Shown here piece after piece: positions 57,885 to 64,000 of a stretch of DNA of 64,000 nucleotides; position 1 is the stretch's first letter, and the number at the start of each line of letters is the position of its first letter. Both the position numbers and the translations under genes were made by a program. Source of the DNA: a virus (taxonomy: Duplodnaviria; Caudoviricetes); IMG/VR virus record IMGVR_UViG_3300033073_000410, positions 32,001-96,000 of that record. One strand, 5' to 3'. The notes under the pieces are model-generated. The model was not told where the DNA came from. It made no database searches and saw only the letters and a program-made list of their open reading frames with translations.

Positions 57885-60152
57885 TTAAAGTACAGGAGTT
57901 AGGTTCACTAAGAACGTTGTACCTAGGGTGTTGTTAGTAATAAAGATACCATCTACATTTGCAAACATACTGAATGTACCTGAATCGTCTGCTAGATTTA
58001 ACTCAAGTGATTTAGTCTTAACTGTAGTTGATACGGTCTTATTCCACGGAGTACCATCAGAACCTAAATCATATGTGTCACCAGTCGCTGGATTCAATCC
58101 TGTTTCATCAACTTTAACAGTTTCGATAGCAGAACCAGTACCATCATCAATCAATACAGAAACTGTATTAGTTGTGTCCATGATATAGATACCAGAACCT
58201 GATTGGTTAGATTTTGAAAGCAAACTTACACCAGCAGCATCAGTAGAAACAAATAGTTTATTAGTGTTACTGACAATTGACATTACATCAATTTGTGTAC
58301 CTAATGTATTATCACCGATGTTTACAGAATTACCGTGTAGCTTGTTTGTGGATACAGCACCATCACTATCTTGAAGTAACGTAGTTCCTAAGTGAATCGT
58401 TGTACCAGCAAGATACAATTCTTTCCAGCGCTTGCTTGCTGTACCTAAACTTTGAATGCCGGATGCATCAGGAATCAAGTTACCAAGAATAGATGCAGTT
58501 TGAATCTTATTAGTAGTAATTGTATTAACAACACTTGCGTTACCTGCATTCACTGTACCGGTTACACTCAACGAACTTAATGTACCAATACCAGTAATGT
58601 TGGGTTGATTACCCACTGTTACTGTACCAGCGTATGTTGCAGTTGTTGCGTTGGCAACTATACCAGTAACGTTAGCACCGTTCAATTGTGATAAGTTAGC
58701 ACCGTTACCGACAAAGCGGGTGTTAGCTGTAATAACAGTACCAGTAATCGAACCGTTACTATTAACTTGTGCAGTAGTAACACTACCAATTGCACGTAAT
58801 GTACCAGCAAGTTGTAGTGCATTTGTCGTTAATGTACTTGTTGATTTATCGTATACTAAACCAGAGTCTGCTCCGAAGTCATTGTCATCGTTGTATTGAA
58901 TCTGTGTATTAGAACCAGATGGCTTGCGTAATAGTTCAGTGTTTGGTACCCAACGTAAGTTAGCTAATCCATCAGTACCTAATAGGAATCCATTGCCGCC
59001 GCCGCCAATCTTGATATTAGCAACTGCTGATCCTAAGTTAGTCACACCAGCAACAGTTAATGAAGTTAACGTACCGACGCTTGTAATATTAGGTTGTGCT
59101 TGAGTAGTTAACGTACCAGTCAATGTCTCTGCTGACACACTTGTATCAAATGTAGCATTGGAAGCAGTTACACCACCGTCAACAATTAAACTATAATCAT
59201 CAGTAGATAGAACACGGCTACCCAGTGTGATGTTACCGTTCTTGATATATAAGTTGCCCCAGCTTTGCCAGAAAGAACCTAAATCTTTTGTACCATCTTC
59301 ATCTGGTAACAATGATGTTACTACGTTTCCAGTAACATTCAATGTTCCTACATTAGCTTCGCCAGCTGTTACTAAATTCTCTGCTGTAACATTTCCAGAA
59401 GCAGTTAGTTCTCCAGTTGTAATTAAATTAGCGGCAGTTAAGTCCCCGCCGATGTTAGTTGTTGAGACTGTTGTTAATGTAGTGAACTCACCGGATGAGC
59501 GAACTGTTGCATTACCCACAGGACCAAAATGAGTTCCAACTACGTTACCTTCAATGTTACCAGTGGCAATTAAAGGTCCATCGATAGTTAATGCATGAGT
59601 TACTTTGTTATATGTTAGGTATGCGCTACCACCAAAGTCGCCACCATCATTGAATTGAAGCTGGGTATTAGCACCACCTGGTGTTCCCTCGATTGTTACT
59701 GCACCTACAGAATCTGTCCAAGTTAGATTACCTTCACCGTCTGTTTGTAAGAACTGTCCATTAACGCCACCGATAATCGATACTGTTTCAGCTTTACCTA
59801 GTTTAAGTTTAACTTCATCAGGTCCAATTAGTTCGCCGTCCCAGTTAGTCCAAGCATTACCGACGCTGATGTTACCAGTAGCAACTAATAGTTGTCCGGT
59901 TTGCACATCGTTTAGTGTCAATGATGTGTTAGCAACTCCTCCGATTTTACTGAAACTTAGTGTACTATGTTCAGTTAAAACTTCTGTCTGAGTAGTTGAA
60001 CTCTCAGATACAGGAGGGTGGGCGATGGAGTCATCGCCGATGTATAGTTTTTGTTGATCCGTTGCATAACCAAATTCACCTGCATCTAATTGAGGCAGGT
60101 CTACGTTTGCACCGGTTCTGTGAATGATTTTTGAGATTTGTACGATAGCCAT
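57885..60152 (-). CDS. Tail fibre protein
   Basis: LPQLDAGEFGYATD N-terminus; GxNTQxQxND, QPNITSVGTLTSL and DLGS...W motifs. Confidence 0.75.
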   Translation of the reverse strand: MAIVQISKIIHRTGANVDLPQLDAGEFGYATDQQKLYIGDDSIAHPPVSESSTTQTEVLTEHSTLSFSKIGGVANTSLTLNDVQTGQLLVATGNISVGNAWTNWDGELIGPDEVKLKLGKAETVSIIGGVNGQFLQTDGEGNLTWTDSVGAVTIEGTPGGANTQLQFNDGGDFGGSAYLTYNKVTHALTIDGPLIATGNIEGNVVGTHFGPVGNATVRSSGEFTTLTTVSTTNIGGDLTAANLITTGELTASGNVTAENLVTAGEANVGTLNVTGNVVTSLLPDEDGTKDLGSFWQSWGNLYIKNGNITLGSRVLSTDDYSLIVDGGVTASNATFDTSVSAETLTGTLTTQAQPNITSVGTLTSLTVAGVTNLGSAVANIKIGGGGNGFLLGTDGLANLRWVPNTELLRKPSGSNTQIQYNDDNDFGADSGLVYDKSTSTLTTNALQLAGTLRAIGSVTTAQVNSNGSITGTVITANTRFVGNGANLSQLNGANVTGIVANATTATYAGTVTVGNQPNITGIGTLSSLSVTGTVNAGNASVVNTITTNKIQTASILGNLIPDASGIQSLGTASKRWKELYLAGTTIHLGTTLLQDSDGAVSTNKLHGNSVNIGDNTLGTQIDVMSIVSNTNKLFVSTDAAGVSLLSKSNQSGSGIYIMDTTNTVSVLIDDGTGSAIETVKVDETGLNPATGDTYDLGSDGTPWNKTVSTTVKTKSLELNLADDSGTFSMFANVDGIFITNNTLGTTFLVNLTPVL

Positions 60153-60189
60153 AGTATAATCTTTATGTGATTATACTATTTATCATCTA

Positions 60190-60876
60190 TTATACGAACT
60201 GGGTATAGAACAATTCTAAGCGTTTGTACCACTCTTGTTGATACTTGTCGAATTCAGTACCCTCAATTATGAACTCTTGGTACACACTGTTCGGATCACA
60301 CATAAAAATGACACCTTTGCGGATTTTTGTTCCGTGTAACTCGTTATGTGCTGTTGCATACGCCGCAAGTTGGATAAAGTAGTCATCAATCCATTCTCTT
60401 TTCTTGGGTTTATTAGTCTGCTTATGATCCATGATAGATTCACTGCCATCATGCACACCGACCAAATCAGTCGTTCCAGCATAGACACCAGGAAAGTATA
60501 ACGGAACCTCCGTACCCCAGAACTCAGAGCAATTACATAGACCTTGCCTGATAATTGAGTCAGCCATTGAATGGCTCTGTATACTATATGGATTTGATCC
60601 TGGGACACCTATCGCTCCTGTCTTTACATAATCTTCAAGCCACTTGTGCATACGAGTTCCTCGTCCAGCGGCTTCTGTTGTAATCTCTTGTGCTTTCTTA
60701 GCCCCTACTCTATTACGCCAGTTTTGAAGTGCTTCTTGCTTTTCTTTAGGAGTAGTAGCTGAAAGTATAGTAGTGACTGATGGTAGTTTTTGTCCATCAG
60801 GAGTAGCATAGCGTCTGCCCTCGGGCGTATCTACTCGTTTAATCGGTTCGTATAAAAATTTATCGGGAATGTACAT
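60190..60876 (-). CDS. PD-(D/E)xK exonuclease (Cas4/RecB-like fold)
   Basis: LPSVTTIL, RGTRMH, YAGTTD, MDHKQ, QLAAYA. Confidence 0.85.
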   Translation of the reverse strand: MYIPDKFLYEPIKRVDTPEGRRYATPDGQKLPSVTTILSATTPKEKQEALQNWRNRVGAKKAQEITTEAAGRGTRMHKWLEDYVKTGAIGVPGSNPYSIQSHSMADSIIRQGLCNCSEFWGTEVPLYFPGVYAGTTDLVGVHDGSESIMDHKQTNKPKKREWIDDYFIQLAAYATAHNELHGTKIRKGVIFMCDPNSVYQEFIIEGTEFDKYQQEWYKRLELFYTQFV

Positions 60877-60882
60877 ATGGAA

Positions 60883-60912
60883 ATTGTACTACGAATTTCT
60901 TCATAGTACAAT
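60883..60912 (-). promoter_or_regulatory. Sigma70-type promoter whose -35 and -10 form the arms of a 13-bp hairpin
   Basis: TTGTAC-17 nt-TACAAT; AUUGUACUAUGAA-GAAA-UUCGUAGUACAAU. Confidence 0.65.
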
Positions 60913-60920
60913 CTAATTGG

Positions 60921-61219
60921 TTAACCGACTTGTTTGCTTGCCATTTGCTGTCGAATCTTTGCGTTTTCGTCAGCATCGCCTTCTGGCGGTTCGTCTGGTT
61001 CTTGTGTTTTAAATGTTACTTCATGTGCGTTAACGTTAGCGATAATGTTTTTCAATGGGTCTTTATGCACAATGTCAAACAAATCTTCTTTACCTAAGTT
61101 GACGCCATTTTGACGTAATAGTTTTAAGAATTCTTCTGTTGGAAGTTTCTCAGTAGAGCCTTGGACAAGTTGGTTAAGTTGAGCGGCTACACTGCGTCCG
61201 CAAACTCAAAGAGTCTCAT
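60921..61219 (-). pseudogene. Frameshifted gene (~99 aa if repaired)
   Basis: MRLFEFADAV* stops at TAG 61187-61189; the -1 frame continues SVAAQLNQLV...QMASKQVG* to 60921. Confidence 0.7.
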
Positions 61220-61220
61220 A

Positions 61221-61958
61221 TTAACGAGTAGCTCTACCTACTGATCCCGGGATTTCTTCTGGTTCTTCTAAGTCAGCTTCTGGTTCAGTAGCTAAGTCAG
61301 GACTCATCTCAGCGCCGGCTGCTGGGTCTGCACCTAAGTCGCCGCCCATGTCATCACCCATCTCACCGCCCATATCTGCACCCATGTCAGCACCTGCTGC
61401 CGCGCCAGTAGCATCAAAGCCACCTGCTTGACCAGTGATAACACCTAATGCACCGCTTAGACCTGTCTTAGAACCTGTCAAGGCTGCTTGCAATGAAGTC
61501 AATGCTTGAGTAACTTGGTCGTTGAATTGTTGACCTTCGTTTGTACCAACTTCACTGTTGACACCGTCGACAACTGCTGGTAATTCTTTAACTAGCATGT
61601 CAGATACTTGCTCAACCATCTTCTGGATTGAGTCAACCATCTCTTGTGCTGCCAAGATAACTTGTGACTTCTCAACTTGCTCGTTTTCTACAACGATACG
61701 TTGATTGTACATTGGCATTGCTTTCAAATCACCATAGTGATGTGTCAATGCTTGTTCCATGAATACTAGTTTCAAGTATGCTGGATTGTGTTGTGATTCG
61801 ACACTCTTGCTTTCGCGGATTAGACCCTTAACTTTATTAAGCATTTTCTTTGTTTCGAAAAGGCCCAATTGGTCTACATTGAACTTCGTATTGAAGTGTT
61901 CTTCCAACGCTCTCTTAGCGACTGAAGTTGGATTGTTGTTAAATTCTGATAGTTTCAT
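61221..61958 (-). CDS. Hypothetical late protein, possibly prohead core-like
   Basis: MKLSEF start; helical, with an acidic G/M/D-rich tail. Confidence 0.6.
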   Translation of the reverse strand: MKLSEFNNNPTSVAKRALEEHFNTKFNVDQLGLFETKKMLNKVKGLIRESKSVESQHNPAYLKLVFMEQALTHHYGDLKAMPMYNQRIVVENEQVEKSQVILAAQEMVDSIQKMVEQVSDMLVKELPAVVDGVNSEVGTNEGQQFNDQVTQALTSLQAALTGSKTGLSGALGVITGQAGGFDATGAAAGADMGADMGGEMGDDMGGDLGADPAAGAEMSPDLATEPEADLEEPEEIPGSVGRATR

Positions 61959-62001
61959 AGTTTTTCCCTAAAGAACTGATATAGTATTTATCAGTTTCAA
62001 A

Positions 62002-62490
62002 TTATTTAGTAGCCTGACGGAACACGTTGTTCTGCCAGTTTTTAGCGAACCTAACATACTCGTTTATCTCACGGGATGCTAGTTCTTGCTTTACCAAATC
62101 TTCCCCGATTTTAGTCTTAAACAAGACGTATGTATCGATATCTTTTGCTTTTTGAAGCAATTTAGAATGCTGTTTATACTGGATTTTCGAGTCCTCTAAC
62201 TGCTTGTCTAGTTGACAAATTCTGTTAGCGTCCCAGATTCTGTTCAATTTGTCAAATGTAGACCATGCGACTGCATATCTCAAATCAGAGAATTCAGCAT
62301 TCCCATCCACATTAGTTTTAGTTACACTGTATACTGAATCAATCTTGTCAATGGTATACTGCCCAAATAACTTATACTGATTCCCCTCTTTATAGATAAT
62401 CTTACTCTCAATCTGATTGAAAGTAGTATCCTTAATAATATCATGTAGAACGTGATAGAATCGTTTCTCTTTTGCTTTAGATAATTTCAA
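62002..62490 (-). CDS. Hypothetical protein
   Basis: 162-aa ORF. Confidence 0.55.
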   Translation of the reverse strand: MKLSKAKEKRFYHVLHDIIKDTTFNQIESKIIYKEGNQYKLFGQYTIDKIDSVYSVTKTNVDGNAEFSDLRYAVAWSTFDKLNRIWDANRICQLDKQLEDSKIQYKQHSKLLQKAKDIDTYVLFKTKIGEDLVKQELASREINEYVRFAKNWQNNVFRQATK

Positions 62491-62926
62491 AATGAATATT
62501 CCTTAATTCTGAACTCGAATCTAAAAAGTTGGGCAATTTGTCCCATTCCCCGAGATTCTTAATCATAGGCACACCGTCACAGTCAGAGTATAATGCGCCC
62601 AAGTCGTTGATTCCGTCACTATATACGTTGTCATAATTGACGGTAAAATCGAACGTCCAGGCCATTTGTGCTTCCTCTTGGTCGAACAAAAAGCCAAACA
62701 TATCTATATCATCAAACACGATAATCTCTTGTGTGGGAATAGTTATATCTTCGGGCTGTGTCCTCAATGAGATAACTTGAATTATAGTGTCAAAGTTACT
62801 TTGACTGTTTCTGTTCTTCTCCCACTCAGATACTTTTTCTAAGGGTATACCAGCCGGAGTTCTGCGGTTAGGTACCCCGGTTTTGTTAATGTTAAACAAT
62901 GTGGTACATCTAATCTTGGTTGTCAT
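62477..62926 (-). CDS. Hypothetical late protein
   Basis: TATAAATA 5 nt before ATG; NFDTIIQVISLRTQP. Confidence 0.6.
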   Translation of the reverse strand: MTTKIRCTTLFNINKTGVPNRRTPAGIPLEKVSEWEKNRNSQSNFDTIIQVISLRTQPEDITIPTQEIIVFDDIDMFGFLFDQEEAQMAWTFDFTVNYDNVYSDGINDLGALYSDCDGVPMIKNLGEWDKLPNFLDSSSELRNIHFEII

Positions 62927-62944
62927 ACTGATATTTATAGCGGT

Positions 62945-62975
62945 AAAAAAGCCCCTAGATTTTAGGGGCTGTTTT
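62945..62975 (-). terminator. Intrinsic terminator
   Basis: AGCCCCTA-AAATC-TAGGGGCTTTTTT. Confidence 0.85.
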
Positions 62976-62993
62976 AATTAACTTACGTTAATA

Positions 62994-63272
62994 TTAGAAT
63001 GTTACGTCAGCAACAGTGAAAGTTGCGCCACCAGCAGACAAGCTACCGTTTTCAACGCCTTGACCTTCAACCAACATACGAACTACGTCAGAAACGCCAG
63101 CTTCGAATGCGCCAATCATCATAATTGTGTTCAATTGAGCAACTGAAGTTACCAAAGCATCTAATTCTGCTTGAGTAATGTTTGTCTTAGAGAAAGACTT
63201 CAATGAGTATTCTTGACGACCAACTGCTGAGAATGGACCTGTTTGTCCGTGTACACGATTTGTATAAGCCAT
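62994..63272 (-). CDS. Small putative virion protein
   Basis: Own late promoter, 5' hairpin, AAAGGA RBS and terminator. Confidence 0.6.
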   Translation of the reverse strand: MAYTNRVHGQTGPFSAVGRQEYSLKSFSKTNITQAELDALVTSVAQLNTIMMIGAFEAGVSDVVRMLVEGQGVENGSLSAGGATFTVADVTF

Positions 63273-63317
63273 GATATTTTCCTTTAAAAGTTGAATCCTA
63301 TAGATTCATACACTTAT

Positions 63318-63566
63318 TTATGCCTCTTCGTCATTTTTCTTGAGGCTCTTGGCGAACCTAGACTGGTCCCTAGCTTTGATTGCGCTCAGTAATTTACGCT
63401 CTAAAATCTGTGCTTTTTCAGGATCATAGTGCTTGTTAATCATTTCGATTAAGTTGATGGCACTAGTGATAATGTTGTGGGCACGGCTTTCGATGATGTG
63501 CTTGGTATCTCGGTTTTTACCAAGGTCTTCTAATTCTTCGAGCAGGCTACGGGTTTTGCGTTGCAT
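63318..63566 (-). CDS. Hypothetical late protein
   Basis: MQRKTRSLLEEL; GATAAATA upstream. Confidence 0.6.
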   Translation of the reverse strand: MQRKTRSLLEELEDLGKNRDTKHIIESRAHNIITSAINLIEMINKHYDPEKAQILERKLLSAIKARDQSRFAKSLKKNDEEA

Positions 63567-63590
63567 AATTAAGTCCCTATTTTATATTTA

Positions 63591-64000
63591 TCACTTTTTC
63601 AGATTGTTTAGCATTGCTCTGAGTTTTGAACCCTGAACGTCTACTACAACTTTCTTTTCTAGGGGCTGTAAAACTTCCCCTGTAGTCTGGTCAATAATCG
63701 GTTCACTAGAAGTCAATGTTGCTTGAGGTTTCAACTGACTCATAATGTCGTTGGGGCTAGGACTTGGTCTATACTTGGCTTGCTGTTCAGCATATCCGTC
63801 AGGATCTGAGTCTGAAATACGCATAGTTTCCATATCATAGTCCAAGTCAATCTTCATACCTACACCAGTAGAACTACGTGACTTCATACATTGAATCTGA
63901 TACTTACCACGTTCACGCATACTACGTGAAGTGAAGATACCGAACACGTTATCCGCTGTGTTAATCTTTGAGATACCACCTGCAATGTGACTGTGGTCGA
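63591..64000 (-). CDS. Replicative DnaB/gp41-like helicase, C-terminal part (5' end outside window)
   Basis: Frame open to the window edge: DHSHIAGGISKINTADNVFGI...MKSRSS. Confidence 0.8.
   Translation of the reverse strand, partial: DHSHIAGGISKINTADNVFGIFTSRSMRERGKYQIQCMKSRSSTGVGMKIDLDYDMETMRISDSDPDGYAEQQAKYRPSPSPNDIMSQLKPQATLTSSEPIIDQTTGEVLQPLEKKVVVDVQGSKLRAMLNNLKK

Noticed and set aside
9592-60152. Diversity-generating retroelement acting on the fibres
   Set aside because: No reverse transcriptase, and no template/variable repeat pair differing at adenines was seen in this window.
60190-60876. Cas4 / CRISPR adaptation gene
   Set aside because: No four-Cys Fe-S motif, no cas neighbours and no array; it fits an ordinary phage PD-(D/E)xK exonuclease.
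61187-61189. Amber read-through or alternative genetic code
   Set aside because: Reading through the TAG hits TAA about 20 codons later; the plausible protein is in the -1 frame, and all other genes are intact in code 11.
1144-63636. Many short opposite-strand and nested ORFs in the track (e.g. 1144..1455, 36946..37458, 59227..59532)
   Set aside because: They shadow long motif-bearing genes, lack RBS or promoter support, and read as antisense translations of biased codons.

Overview
A 64-kb piece of a large lytic T4-like myovirus genome, probably a jumbo phage. It is almost entirely minus-strand coding and reads cleanly in code 11; I found no tRNA, CRISPR array, integrase or reverse transcriptase. 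Virion genes include tail sheath, tube and tube paralogue, gp13/gp14/gp15/gp4-like neck and head-completion proteins, three fibre-like proteins, an S8 protease, a GH19 endolysin and a holin. Replication and nucleotide genes include a truncated DnaB/gp41 helicase, a clamp loader, a stand-alone DnaE fragment, a PD-(D/E)xK exonuclease, dNMP kinase, MazG, NUDIX and PhoH. Host-like genes include ClpA, DnaJ, GroES and Dps. The main unexplained signal is about 13 proteins starting with peptides like the T4 capsid-targeting sequence; several are strings of unrelated small modules joined by (I/L/V/M)-x-E sites. I read these as virion-packaged polyproteins cut by the prohead protease into injected effectors (GNAT, ParB-like, zincin, HxGH nucleotidyltransferase, and one module with a buried Tat signal). 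Other signals: hairpins that appear to gate early versus late expression, leaderless late mRNAs, candidate structured RNAs and one frameshifted gene. All family calls come from reading motifs by eye; no searches were run.
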